A stretch of 64,000 bases of DNA from Octopus vulgaris. Its lineage: Eukaryota. The translations under genes and the position numbers were made by a program. Position 1 is the stretch's first letter. The number at the start of each line of letters is the position of its first letter. Shown here piece by piece: positions 37,398 through 50,993 of the stretch. The stretch spans positions 77,004,001 to 77,068,000 of the forward strand of contig OX597817.1 in the NCBI GenBank assembly GCA_951406725.2, given 5' to 3'. Under the pieces are notes generated by a model. It had not been told where the DNA came from and did no database searches. It worked only from the letters and a program-made list of their open reading frames with translations.

Positions 37398-38125
37398 CAT
37401 ACCTGTCAGTAATTCAGATATCCGATGAAGAAGCACATTCTAAAAGATTAGAGTTGTAGTATATCTAATTCCTGTTGCAAATAGGGATGGCTTCATTTTC
37501 AGACTAGGAAATTTGCTACCAATTCCGAAAGTAGTCGTTGTTGCCACGGCTGGAACCTATGTATGGGAAATAACTCCGCTTTGCCCAAGACTATACAAGT
37601 AGGGTTTTGTTCTGGGAATTTTTGCTTACAAAGCTAACTGGCCATGACATTTTCCTCCCTCCAGTTGTAGAGAAGTTGTTTGCCTCCGGCCATTTGTGTT
37701 TGACGAGTCGCCTATACAGCTAAGTGCTTTTAGGTGCGAAACCAATGATCACTCTCTGACCGGCCGTAACAAACAACTTTCTAAATATGTGTATGTGTGT
37801 ATGTGTGTGTGTGCGTGTTTATGTATGTATGTATATATGTATGTATGTATGCATGTATGTATGTCACAAGCAGAAGTATCACTTGTAGGATAATATCTCT
37901 GATATGAAAAAGGAACTGAAAACAATCTATTCCCAAGAGTTTGATAACGTGTATTGATTTAGATGATATCGTCAGAGCCTTACTAACAAGGGCAGAATCC
38001 TTAATATGAACAAGTCTGTGAATTAACCTTTTAAATGCGAAATTAAATTTCCATGATATTCCAGTAATGATATTAAATACCTACCAGAAAAACAGCACTG
38101 GTATTTTTTGCAAGAAGCTTGACAT

Positions 38126-38535
38126 AGGCGCAGGAGTGGCTGTGTGGTAAGTAGCTTGCTAACCAACCTCATGGTTCCGGGTTCAGTCCCACTGCGTGGC
38201 ATCTTGGGCAAGTGTCTTCTGCTATAGCCCCGGGCCGACCAATGCCTTGTGAGTGGATTTGGTAGACGGAAACTGAAAGAAGCCTGTCGTATATATGTAT
38301 ATATATATATGTATGTATGTGTGTTTGTGTGTCTGTGTTTGTCCCCCTAGCATTGCTTGACAACCGATGCTGGTGTGTTTACGTCCCCGTCACTTAGCGG
38401 TTCGGCAAAAAGAGACCGATAGAATAAGTACTGGGCTTACAAAGAATAAGTCCCGGGGTCGATTTGCTCGACTAAAGGCGGTGCTCCAGCATGGCCGCAG
38501 TCAAATGACTGAAACAAGTAAAAGAGAAAAAGAAA
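38126..38535 (+). mobile_element. SINE family B, young full-length copy
   Basis: GGCGCAGGAGTGGCTGTGTGGTAAGTAGC...GGTTCAGTCCC...GGGCAAGTGTCTTC...GACTGAAACAAGTAAAAGAG. Confidence 0.95.
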
Positions 38536-38900
38536 AGATATCTCAATAACAACTAGTTTAAAACAGGACGTTCTTCAACAAATTATAGACTAGTATATAA
38601 AGTTGCTTTCCGCAGTGAAGAGTAATTAAATTTTAAGTAAATATTTCCGCTGTAAACTGGTTAATATAGTGTGTAGCTTAGGTGACATCATGCAAAAAAA
38701 AGCATCTTTTGCATGTGTATCCACCGGGGTATAAACAATGCATTGAAAGCAAACTACCCATCACTATAAGCGTTACTAATTTCGATAGGGACTTCTTTTC
38801 TTCTAGAATAGATACCTTTCCACTTTCCCCTTTTCATCCGTTTAAACTGCTTATACCCGTATTTGTTATTAACGCACGATAATCTGCTTTAACAGATCCG

Positions 38901-39300
38901 TGGCGTAGGAGTGGCTGTGTGGTGAGTAGCTTGCTTACCAACCACATGGTTCCAGGTTCAGTCCTACTGCGTGGCACCTTGGGCAAGTGTCTTCTACTAT
39001 AGCTTCGGACCGACCAATGCCTTGTGAGTGGATTTGGTAGACGGAAACTGAAAGAAGCCCGTCGTATATATGTATATATATATATGTGTGTGTGTGTGTG
39101 TATGTTTGTGTGTCTGTGTTTGTGCCCCCAACATCGCTTGACAACTGATGTTGATGTGCTTACGTCCCCATTACTTAGCCGTTCGACAAAAGAGAGCGAT
39201 AGAATAAGTACTAGTCTATTTGCTCGACAAAAGGCGGAGCTCCAGTATGGCCAGTCAAATGACTGAAACAAGTTAAAGAGTAAGTAAAAGAGTAAAGGAA
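38901..39300 (+). mobile_element. SINE family B, full length
   Basis: Highly similar to 38126-38535. Confidence 0.95.
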
Positions 39301-39652
39301 TATAAAATGCAAACTAATTGCCTTCAAATACTTATTAATATAACGCCTCATAATTGAATATATTACCTAACGGTAATATATTTGTTTCAGAACATGGATA
39401 TTCAAAGCTTGTAATTTTTAACTTGATATCTCTTTCCCTTTGCCTATTGGCCAATTAATTTTTAAGAGAAGGAAAACCTACACAGAACTTATTCTCTTCA
39501 AACTACATCATTTTCGCAACTTCCTTTCTCTCAATTACTTTTTTATTTTATTTGTTCCTATTAACCTGCAGCTCTTCGAATTCAGCGGTTAACTCCATTA
39601 CAGTCAGAGTCAGTCGTAATATATAAAGTGAGTGGTATTATGTGTGTGTGTG

Positions 39653-39684
<32 letters not shown>

Positions 39685-40048
39685 TATACACACATGTACA
39701 CACACAAATATATATATATATATACATATATTCGCATATATATATATACATGTATATGTATACTTATATATAAATATATACACATATATTCACATACATA
39801 TAATACATATATGTGTGTATATATATATATTTGTACGTATTTATGTATATATATATGTGGTGGGGTGCGTGTATGTGTGTATATGTATATACATACATAA
39901 ATATATTCACATATTTGGCATATACGTATATATATACGTATATATTGGCATATACGTATATATACATATAGATATATGCACAAATACATATGCATATATA
40001 TATATATAAAGAGAGAGATAGAGATAGGGAGATAGAGAGATGGAGATT

Positions 40049-40109
<61 letters not shown>

Positions 40110-40138
40110 GTAGGTAGGTAGGTAGGTAGGTAGATAGG

Positions 40139-40205
<67 letters not shown>

Positions 40206-40774
40206 TGATTTATGCTCCCCAAATTTAAATCCGGAAGGGAATCTTTTGATTTTATATGTGCATATGTGTGTATATGTTTATATATACATATATGTGTGTG
40301 TTTGTGTGTGTGTTTGTGTGTTTCTATGTGTGTGTATATGTGTTTGTGTGTGTGGATGTGTGGTTGTGTTTGTGTGTGTGGGCGCTTGTGTATGTAATAT
40401 ATGTAGGAACAAGAACTGAACACGCACATTAAGAAATTAAGAAAACTGCGTATTTCGTATTATATCATCAAAGATGTCAGAAAATATTTGGTAATTCTTG
40501 TGTAACCCAAGGAGTAGACAAATTTCTTTTAATCTCCCAAGGCTTTTAGTACTAATCTAATTAGAAATATCTAATTTTGTTGTACTCGGTAACTCCATTA
40601 AATATGTTAACTAAAGTAAAAATATTGGTTAAAAAAATAATTAATTTATATATCAGGGTAAGTTCTCTTCTAGTTTCGTAACGTCGAGTAAAATCTCAGA
40701 TTATTGAAGCTCAAGAAAAAAAATTGGTTTTAGATGAATATGTGATTGTACCTGCCTTTTTTTTTTTACTCAAA

Positions 40775-41415
40775 AGCTTGCTTCCTAACGACATGGTTCG
40801 GGTTCAGTCCCACAGCATGATATCTTGGACAAATGACTTCTACTAAAGGCTCGGGCCGACAAAAGCCTTGTGAGTAGATTTGGTAGACGGAAACTGAAAG
40901 AAGCCCGTCGTGTATATATATATATATATTCCAAGGAATCTAATGCGATTGGCTTAGATTTCCCTTGGTTGGCTGCCCAGATTGGAGCAATCTCAAGATT
41001 AATCAGCCGAAATTGCGAAGATGATCTGGTTCTTGACTGATGACTGAGAGCTTCGAAAGTCCCGTCTGTGTGTTTTTTTGCCGTCTTCAAAATGTTTCAC
41101 GTTCTTGTCCCAGTTTGTGTTTTTTTAACGTTTACCTATATATATATACATATGTGTGTGTGAATGTGGGTGTATGTGTGAGAGTGTGTGCGTGTGTCTT
41201 TGTTTACCACCACCCCAATCACTGCTTGACAACCTGAGTTGGTGTGTTTACGTTCCTGTAATGTAGCGGTTCGGTAAAAAGAGACCGATTGAATAAGTAC
41301 TTGGCTTTAAAGAATTAAGTCCTGGGGTCGATTTGTACGACTAGAAACTTTCAAGGCGGTGCTCCAGCATGGCCGAAGTCAAATTACTGAAACAAGTAAA
41401 AGAATAAAAAAATAA
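40775..41415 (+). mobile_element. SINE family B interrupted in its internal (TA)n by a PLE-derived insert (40930-41135)
   Basis: 5' half 40775-40915, 3' half 41140-41415; the insert carries CTGATGA...CGAAAG (41037) and is homologous to 58510-58660 and 63398-63562. Confidence 0.85.
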
Positions 41416-41559
41416 AATTCTTCTCAGGTATATTTCTGAACTCGAAACTCAGTCATTAATTAATGCTACTTAGAGTGATAGTTATTTTCATAGATCCCTA
41501 ATCACAATGCGCTTTCTGTAATTGTTTTATCTTTCGAATGATGGCTCTGCGCTGGCTCG

Positions 41560-41700
41560 GCGGGCAGGCCAGCCTTCCCACCTGGTAGTTCGTCGCGGAG
41601 TTACCCATTTACAGGTGCATGGACTGGAGCAACGTGAAGTGTTTTGCTCATACAACACACCGCCGGTCTGGAAACTAAAACCACGAAGTACACGCGCCTT
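41560..41700 (-). mobile_element. Degenerate SINE family D
   Basis: TTCACGTTGCTCCAGTCCA...GTAAATGGG. Confidence 0.5.
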
Positions 41701-41809
41701 TACAGTAGTAATATGATATGTAGCTATAATAATCAGATCGGTTTTGAGTGAAGTTGAAGTACATAGAATATACTCATTTATTTTTATTGTTCAACGAACA
41801 GGGGAGATA

Positions 41810-41962
41810 ACCAGAATATTTTGCTTACAGTGAGGCCCAGTTAGAATTTTCTTCAGGTCGAGTAGCCAATCCCGATCAAACGGTTCCTGTATAAAGGTTT
41901 TTTGAAAACGATGAACAAAACACCTATGTTTCAAGGGGTGAATTATTCAAACCCCAAATAAT
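41810..41962 (-). mobile_element. Family C internal fragment
   Basis: GGCCCAGTTAGAATTTTCTTCAGGTCGAGTAGCC. Confidence 0.8.
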
Positions 41963-42284
41963 TTCTTTGTTCATTTATTTACGGCTCGAATCTTTTCTAT
42001 TAGGCCGTATTAAAACTTCTTCCTGGCTGAAAGTGATGGTTCCGCCTTCATTTACAAAGCAATCGTTTGTGATAAAGAGAAAGAGAAACAAAAATATATG
42101 CAAAATATTTATGTGTAAATAATAATTTAATTATTAATTAATACACCCGGATGCATTAATCGCATTTATGCAGCAAAGTAACTGATTTAAAAAAAAATAT
42201 TGTCACCTTTCAAAATGTTGAAAAACACAAATAAATAACAAGAATTAAACTCATGCGAAAAATTTGAAAATAGGCATTTCACTA

Positions 42285-42700
42285 TTTCGCCAAGATCTCA
42301 ACAATTTCTTTAAGTACCGTTTGAAAAATCAGGTGCAATTAGAGAGGGAAGTGCTGTTTTACAGTAAATTTTTCGAAAAGTAAATGGGAGTAGCAAGGCT
42401 GGTAAATCTCACTGTGTTTCAAGTATGTCTTTTGTGTTAGAAGAAAAATACTGAGAAAGGGTCCTTCGACGCCTTCGCGATGACTGAGTAATCCGGATCG
42501 TTGTATGTGAGGTAGCCCCATCCACCGAACTGGACTATATCAATGTTGAGAATTGTTCTTTTTGAAGTTTTAAAAATCCTATTTTTATAGTTTTGCTGAA
42601 GTTTTGTTAATTTTTCTTGCTTTAAATTTCGTTTCTAACAAAGTAAACACCGACCTTTTGTCGGTCGTATTTCTTACTTTGATATTGTGGCTAATAAAAA
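42285..42700 (+). mobile_element. Diverged Tx1/L1-like 3' end (second family)
   Basis: LNNFFKYRLKNQVQLEREVL aligns with LINFFKYHLERKVRIERQVL (5815-5875); ends TGTGGCTAATAAA then (TTA)n. Confidence 0.6.
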
Positions 42701-42724
42701 ATTATTATTATTATCATTATTATT

Positions 42725-45300
42725 AAATCAGCATGTTTGTTACAATCACTTGCCGAGATACATCCACCGTCCTGTGGCGAGTGAAGGATAAGATATGTTA
42801 CAAAGCAGTGAACTATCTTCATGTAGTACAACACAAACATTTAAATAGATACGGCTTTTTCTAAGGATGTGGGCAGTGCTTGTCAGCACAATCTTTTGGA
42901 TTTTTCTGAGACATGGTTCTCCTGGGATGTTATCTAGATGCTTTTAACATCCCTTTCTATCATACCTAGGACACCTACAATAACAGGACCAGTTCTCGCT
43001 TTAACATGCCACATCTTTTGTATTTCAATTTTCAGGTCCTTATATTTACTTAATTTGTTAAATTCCGTTACAGATATATTTTTATCAGTGGGAACACTTA
43101 CGTCTATTAGTCTACAAGTAGTTTTTCCTTGTCTTTAATGACTATATCTGGTAGATTAGCCTAGATCGTTCTGTCTGTGGAAAATCCCAGAGGATAGTGA
43201 CATTTTTACCTTCAATGATTGGCTCGGGATGATGTAAGTACCTACCAGTAAGTAGGAGTGCTGATTTTGTAGTGTTTACATATTTTCCAGTGTAAATACT
43301 CTCCTATCCTATCGTGGCGATTTTTGTATTCGTTTGGTGTCAGCACAAGCCAACCCGAGAGGGGATGGTCTATAGTTTTGCCAAATGTATCGCAGATCTG
43401 CATTTAGGGTCAAAACCATTTTGAAGAACGTTAGCCTGGTAGTTTTTGGTAAGAAGATTTTGATCTTGTGCCGCCAATATGAAACCTCTAGTCTCTGCTT
43501 TCAGTCCTGAACTTTTCAGCCACTGATGGGTTGTTGCTTGGTCTACATCAGTATTTCGGCTTCGAAGTATATACTGTCCATGCAGAGGCTTCTGTCTCTG
43601 CTTCTCCTCAATTTGTTTCTGCTTGTTCTTTTTGCAGTCTACTTGATCCGTTTTGCTTGTTTCAGGCAGTGGTTTCAGAATCTTCAACTAATTCAGAGTT
43701 AATTCCAAGCTTGCGAATTTGCTAGCTTCCTTGACAATAGAATGTAATTTTTTGCTGCTTTGGTGTTTGCACACAAGTCACAGCATCTAGTCCTCTGTAC
43801 CTGTTCATAGTTATTGTGGAGGTCTTATAGCACAGTTCTACCTGCATCATTCCTCTTCCCTCGTTACTTCTAGGTAGGTAAAGACGATCAAAATCTGCTT
43901 TTGGGTGGTGCATGTTCTTAGATGTTAGTAGTTTTCTGGTCTTCCTGTCCAGGCGTTGGCGCTTTGTAAGATTCCAGTTAATGATGTTAAAACTGTATTG
44001 GACTGCTGGAAGTGCCAGGATGTTAATGGTTTAATGCGATTTTTGGAGCTTAGTTCAGTTTTTAGTATGAGTCTTATTTTCATGTAATACTCCTTTTTTA
44101 TTTTTTCCTTCATAGTAGCATGTTTTATACCATCTCCTTCATTTATCCCCAATTATTTATAACTTTCTTGTAGGCCAAGCTTCTTGATGGTAGCATCGGT
44201 ATCTAATTTAGTGGAAGCTGTTTGCTTGAATTTGCTTCTTATAAAAGTTGCTTTAGCACACTTACTAAGTCCAAACTCGATTCCGATGTTATTGCTGAAT
44301 TCTTTAACTGCTGTTAGCAACCCTAACAGCTCTTCGTCATTTCTAGTAAACAGCTTCAGATCGTTCATATAAAACAGATGGTTTACTATAGTATTAACAC
44401 TTTGAACCCATAGCTGGTCTTATTCAGTTCATTTGCAAGTGGGATCAGTACCATGTAAAAGAGTAATAGGGAGAGAGAGAGAAAGAGAGAGAGAGAGTCA
44501 CCTTGAAAGATGTCTCGTTTGATATTGATGTTAGATTGGCTCATTCCATTGCTAAGATTTAGAAGAAGACGTATATTCCACTTAGCCATACTACCTTGTA
44601 AGAATTTGGAGACGACAAGAGAGATCATATATAACTCAAGGGCCTTGAGTTGCCAATTATGTGGGACACTATCAAACACTTTCCTGTAGTCTATCCATGC
44701 ATACTCAGGTTCTTCTTGTTGCTCCAATAATTCCCTACAATCATTTTATTTATGAGTAATTAATCTTTGCAGCCATAAGAATTCCTTTTGCAATCTTTTT
44801 GAGCTTGTGGAATTATAGAGTTCAGTTAGTATAGTTGTGAGGATCTTGTAGATGGTGTTGATACATGTTATTAGTTGGTAGTTCTTTAGATTTTTTCGTG
44901 TCTTCAGTTTTTGGTAGAAGGTATGTTGTTCCTTCAGTCAGCAAGTCAGGTATTTGCTCTGGTCTCTGGATAATATCGGTTAAGGATGCACCAAAAGTTT
45001 GGTGTCCTGTCAAACAATTTGTCAGAAGATAGGAATCCGATCCAGTCCAAGGGTTTTCCATTTGTGTAACTTTCTAAAAGCACATCTTAGTTCTTCAATT
45101 CCTATTGACTCCCATTTATGCTCTTCACTTTCTCACGTTCTACCCAGTGAGCTTCAGCATTGCATTTTCTTTTGTTACTCCATATCTTCCAGAACTCTTC
45201 CATTTTCTCAGTATTAGGAGGCTCTTTTAATTCTATCTTACTTTTGCCAATTTCCCTATAAAATTTCTTTACATCTATCTTGAATATCTTGTTTTGTCGA
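42725..45300 (-). mobile_element. R4/Dong-clade non-LTR retrotransposon, 5'-truncated and decayed (RT, CCHC, RLE endonuclease, (TAA)n tail)
   Basis: WIDYRKVFDSVPH, IFQGDSLS, YMNDLKLF, MHHPKADFDRLYLPR, PLHGQY...GLKAETRGFILAAQDQ, CR...ETIDH...RHD, PDIV, QKIVLTSTAHIL; short 3' UTR then TAATAATAATGATAA. Confidence 0.92.
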
Positions 45301-45349
45301 TGATTGCAGAATCATTAGCACGCTGGGAAAATGCTTAGGAGTAATAGAG

Positions 45350-45565
45350 GTGTATTATAGCCATGTGTTGAGAGAAATTCTTTGCAATTTGAATAATTTT
45401 CCTCTGGAAATTTGGGTATTTCGTTTATCATCTTTAAACAAATCTTATTCAGGGACTTTTTGGGCGAAGAGAGCTATTCGAGCCGAAGAAAATTCCAACT
45501 GGGCCCCACCAGCGAGGTCATGCGTTGTTTAATTTTGATATGAGATCACCATGTCGCTTACATAA
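45350..45565 (+). mobile_element. Family C internal fragment
   Basis: ATAGCCATGTGTTGAGAG...TATGAGATCACCATGTCGC matches 29901-30100. Confidence 0.85.
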
Positions 45566-46256
45566 GGATGTTCAACTCACACTACGATCAAATTTTCCTT
45601 CCATCATTTTAGAGTAATAAGATCCATTCTTTTCGTGAATTCAAATTTCCTGTAGTTCAAAGGTCCCAAATTATCACTCTCATTTGGTTCGAGAATTATA
45701 TAAAGCGTAACTCATATTTCCGAAACACTCATTTATTACATAGTTAATTTTCCAAGTAGGAATTCATTTGGCTAAATAGCGTGAATGCTCTCCGTCGAAA
45801 CCGACGGAGAAAACACCGAAACGTTTTTTGTAACAACTTTTCTTTTTTTTTTTCGGTTCTTAATCTCATATTTTGTATATGAATTTTTAATAATATTTCG
45901 CTAAGGCTATATAATCATCATGATATACTTCCAGTATTTGTGACATTGTTGGTAACTATATTGGGTTTACTTGGACATTTCAGTGTATTTTAATCCAAGA
46001 GTAAACAACCTGTATGTTTTGTACTTTTCGAATATCGCGTGTGTGTATATGTATGTAGTTAAATATATCTATTTACACGTGCATATGTGTAGATATTTTT
46101 TTAATATCATATATAATACACACATATGCATACACACACATATATTCACACGCTCGTATAAACATAAATATACGCAGCCCACACGTGTATATATACGTCT
46201 ATTTATGCACACACAAGTTTACATGTATTTATATATCCATATATGTGTATGTGTGT

Positions 46257-46303
<47 letters not shown>

Positions 46304-46699
46304 CGTGCGTGTGCGTGTGTAAGTATCTATGTATATACACACATACACACGATATTCGAAGAGTGCAAATGATAGAGGTTGTTCACTCGTGGATTAAAAC
46401 CGGTTGAAATGTCTAACACCGAGAGTTTGCTAAATAAGGCTACCTACAGTGTCACAACTACTATAAACAGGAAGTATATTGCGATGACTATATCCTCTTT
46501 AGGAAGATAAAGCATTAAAAATTCATATCGAATACATACGCGCTCACACACACACACATATATAGATAAAGAAATGTATGTATATGTATATGTACGCGTA
46601 TGAGAGGCTTACTACGAGTTAAGATCATCATATTTTCTTTAGATTGTATGTTAATATATTGACTCTTTCCGTTTGTTCCGTCACTGATTAGATATTGAT

Positions 46700-48345
46700 G
46701 TCGTTGATACAAATAATTCATAATTGTCTTGAATTTTTCTTGAGCTTTCGGACTGTAAATCCTCGTCCTGATTAATTATGATCAACATACGTAAGTTTCA
46801 TCTTGCCCTGTGCATGAATGTCTGTATGCTTGTGTGTAAGTCGGAGACTGTGTGCGTCGGTGAATGAGTTTGTAGGCAAAGTTCAGAGAAATAACACAAG
46901 TATGTTAATGAACGAAATGGGTGAGAAACGAATAAGCAAATCTGGAGTAAGACATACGAAGATGCATGGTTGACATTGTAGAAATATACGCAAAACAAAT
47001 CAACAATCATAGCACATAAAAACACCATGGTGGATCAGACGACGTGATAAGACGCGAGATTATACGAGACTTCAAAATTATTTCATTGGTTAATAAATAC
47101 GCAAGTGAGTGAGAGAAACTCGCTTTAAGGTTTCTATCATCGTATTTTCTCTTGTATTGGCCTTGGCTTTTGCAAGTATTTGTGTTCAACATAGTTTAAT
47201 TGTACTGTTCAAGAGCATTCACACTCTATTAAAAGATAAATTGAAAACACGTCTACTAATGCGATTAAGTGCTTGTCTAATTATTAATGGTAGATGGTTA
47301 GAAACACTGTCGATGTAGGAGGTATCCTCATTCAGTTTGTCAAAGGAAATATTTATTTGCCCGTGCTAAGTTTCATATTAATGTTTAGGAAATCAACTTC
47401 TTTAAGATTAGTGTTAACTGTAATTTTTAAAGTTGAGTTACTTAACTTTTCTCATTGTATCTATATCATATCCATTCTAATATGCTACTTCTACATCCTC
47501 GTCCTATGCTTGCGGCTTTCAGTTCGTTATTTAAGGGTACGTAGTATATAGAGACCAACTAGATCCGCTATCTTTTCTTCATCATGTCTCCCCATAGTAG
47601 CATTAAATAGTTAATCTCCATTCTTTTTTCCAATAGATGTTATCATAGAAAAACCAACGACTTCCTTGCGTTTATTATAATGGCTACACCTTTGTTAGTA
47701 ACAGCTGTGTATGCTTTAGTGAACTCGAATGGCTTTTGGAAGAACCATTTAGGGACCGATGTCAAATGGATGAATTCGCATTTGCTCTTATTCTTAAAGT
47801 ATTCAATGGTTGCGCTGTTTCATATTCATTGGATGGCTCTAATGTGTCACATGATTCTGTCTAATTTCGCCATCTTATTTCGCTCTTTTTGGGATTTGTC
47901 AATCTACAACTGGGGTTTTGTGTGAAATTATCCTTATGGTCTTTCAGGGTTACAAAAGATTTTCGTGGGATGAGTCTCTTTATCCTCCATGTTCAGTTTA
48001 ATGGCTTGGGTTTTAGACAAATTATTAATTAAATTATCAGTCCTGGGGCTAGTTTCTTTATATGCTAGACATGGGCGAGAGTCCAGAGCCCAGAGCAAAT
48101 ACCTGCCTTGCTGACTGAAGGAACAACATACCTTCTACCAAAAACTGAAAACACGAAAATTCTAAAGAACTACCAACTAATAACATGTGTCAACACCATC
48201 TACAAGATCCTCAAAACCATTCTAACTGAACTCTATAATTATCCTCCATGTTCAGTTTAATGGCTTGGGTTTTAGACACATTATTAATTAAACCTTGGGG
48301 CTAGTTTCTTAATATGCTAGACATGGGCGAGAGGCTTCAGCTTTG
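46700..48345 (-). mobile_element. Decayed Penelope-like element (RT/thumb) with a hammerhead-like motif at its 3' end
   Basis: SFVTLKDHKDNFTQNP, NARKSL, FNATMGRHDEEKIADLVGLYIL, KITVNTNLKEVDFLNI, SNH motifs; 3' CAGGACGA GGA tttacag TCC GAAA GCTC (46742-46770). Confidence 0.75.
48082..48240 (+). other. Templated insertion: inverted copy of Dong segment 44811-44970, flanked by a ~95-100-bp duplication
   Basis: Near-identical to the reverse complement of 44811-44970; 47980-48081 is repeated at 48239-48333. Confidence 0.9.
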
Positions 48346-48434
48346 CCTTATAAAAAAGCATACACACACAATCACCTGAGTAAAGAGAGACACACATAAT
48401 CACATTTTCACACACAAAACGTAGGTATATGTAA

Positions 48435-48815
48435 TTATATAAGTTCTTTTGCTAGTTCTCGAGTGGCTTTACGTGGATCTTTCGCAATGACGGTCTTTAA
48501 TTGGCCGTCATCGACTACGCTCACGATCTTCAAGGGTAAGGTCTCCACTGCGAAATCGTTTAAACCATTTTCGAGCTGACCACTCACTGGCCATTTCCTC
48601 ACCAAACGTTTCGTTGATGTCACGAGCAATTTCAGATGATTGTAATAACTGTGAAAAAAATATCAGTCTTCATTTATTGATGCGTTTGGGCAAGTCTATG
48701 TCTCTATTATCAGACAATTGTCAAAATAAAATCTTTTAAAATTCAAAACTCTGCAAAAATCCGGTACAAATTGGTCATAATTCAAAACGTTGCTTACTTT
48801 TTACTCAACCTGATA
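48435..48815 (-). mobile_element. Mariner 5' fragment
   Basis: TIR-like TA|TCAGGTTGAGTAAAAAGTAAG; RKWFKRFRSGDLTLEDRER / VDDGQLKTVIAKDPRKATRELAKEL. Confidence 0.75.
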
Positions 48816-48926
48816 TATATATATAGTTAATCCAAACATAAACAAAGAGAAAACACAACAACACGAGGACGTGGAACAAGTATAGTGTTATTGGACGCTC
48901 AGGGAAGGAAACGTTTATATATCTCT

Positions 48927-49300
48927 CTCTATATAAACGGCAGTTTGTCTGTGCGTGTTTCTGTGTATCTGTTTGCTTGTACCCTCACCCTGACCACGGC
49001 TTTCAACCGATTCTGATGAAACTTGACACACACATAGCCCAATGTCATAATTCAAAACTAACGCAGCGAAAATTTTGAAAAGTTCCTCCAGTTCTGAAAA
49101 AAATCGATAAATTCGACATGGGGTCGAGAATCAGGAACACAAACCACAAACTGTGTAGGGGACGCAACTCCGCCTTTTTTAACTATCAAAAAAATTTACC
49201 ATCATTTTTTTCCATTTTTTGGCTGTTTTTTGGTTATAACTCTCTAAAAATGCTTTATAGTTATTTCCCTTACAAACCTGAGCAACGCCAGGCGATACTG

Positions 49301-49304
<4 letters not shown>
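48927..49304 (+). mobile_element. Complete non-autonomous Helitron (~380 bp)
   Basis: 5' TCTATATAAA + (GTCT)-type repeat; 3' hairpin CCTGAGCAACGCCAGG about 8 bp before a CTA(T) end; no TSD. Confidence 0.75.
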
Positions 49305-49364
<60 letters not shown>

Positions 49365-50095
49365 CCGTTTATCATTTTAGTGACATATATATTTCAGCCT
49401 ATGGGGTGTAAAATTGCGAAGTAGCCAATCCGTGTTATATATAATTTTTACTGTTACCTTTTGCGAAATCAACGTATAATTTCAACGGGAATCTTATAAG
49501 TTGACAAGGCGAGCTGAGTTTGAACCTAGGCGCGGTGAGAGCCACTGATAAACATTAAGATGCGTTAAGCATCAAATTGCGAAATCATCCATGGTCTGAT
49601 TATATCAGCGACTGTATGGACCTTGTCACCATTGTCAGTCATCAAGTTTGTGCTTCTGTAACTGTTGAGTTCGTTTGACTCTTATTTCTAGCAATGCTGG
49701 AGCTGATTATTAACCCTCTGTAACCCATATTACATATATATATGTGAACATACCTCGCAACGGTGTTGGTAGTGGTACGTATGAATATAACCTGCAACTG
49801 TTGTGGATGGAAGTTCAACTAAATGTAACCAGAGTAAGATATCATCAGTAGTTGGCATGACATAGTCATTTGATAAACATTGATATCACATTTTGGATAA
49901 TTCACATAGAGAATATATCATGTTTGATAACTTGTAGGAAAGATAACACAAATATTGCTTGCCTTTTAATGAAGCTTCCTGTGGTTATCTGCTTTTAAGC
50001 GCGCGCACGAGCGCGTATGTGCTGTCATATCTGTCTGTGAGTATAAAAATGTATATATAAGCATGTATAGGTATGCATGTGTGTGTATGTGTGTA

Positions 50096-50154
<59 letters not shown>

Positions 50155-50371
50155 TTATGTATATATATATAATGTTTAATTTTGAGGTTGCGTGTATGCT
50201 GGTGCATGTGTCACCGCGTGTGTATAATACATATAGGTATAATATATATATGCATATTTATATATATGCATATATATATATATTTTATATATATATATAT
50301 ATATATATTTGTGTATGTAAGTATATCTACATATATTTGTATATGTATGCATATATACTTACACACACAAA

Positions 50372-50434
<63 letters not shown>

Positions 50435-50944
50435 GCACACATACTCACACACACGCACACACACACACAAATATATATATACACTCTTGGGATAGCACAA
50501 GGGCGAGGTTGCTTTCAAATGACTAATACACACTGATAAAGTGACATTAGTATTACAAAACCATATTTGGTTCAACAGGAAATATTCATTATTTCTCCGT
50601 AATAAGCTCTGGTTACAAGACCTGCCGCAGCTACAATCAAACTAGAGTCTACCATTCCAGATGAATTACCCGGCTTTCAGCCGGGCTCCTAGCTTCCTCT
50701 GGTCCCGTAATTTGACATACCAGCAGGTTAAAGTGTTCTTCCACATGATGAGATCCGATAGGTTGAAACCGGCAACAGTTGCTTGTAGATTCAGGTTTGA
50801 TTAACAGATAGCATTCATACATTTATTATCGTGCCTTAAAGTTTGTCATTGTAGGTTTCTAAAGATGTAATGGGGCATTCATTGGCTTTTTGACTGATAC
50901 AATTTTACTTATTGATAAAATAGGGAATACTCTCTCTCTCTCCC

Positions 50945-50971
<27 letters not shown>

Positions 50972-50993
<22 letters not shown>

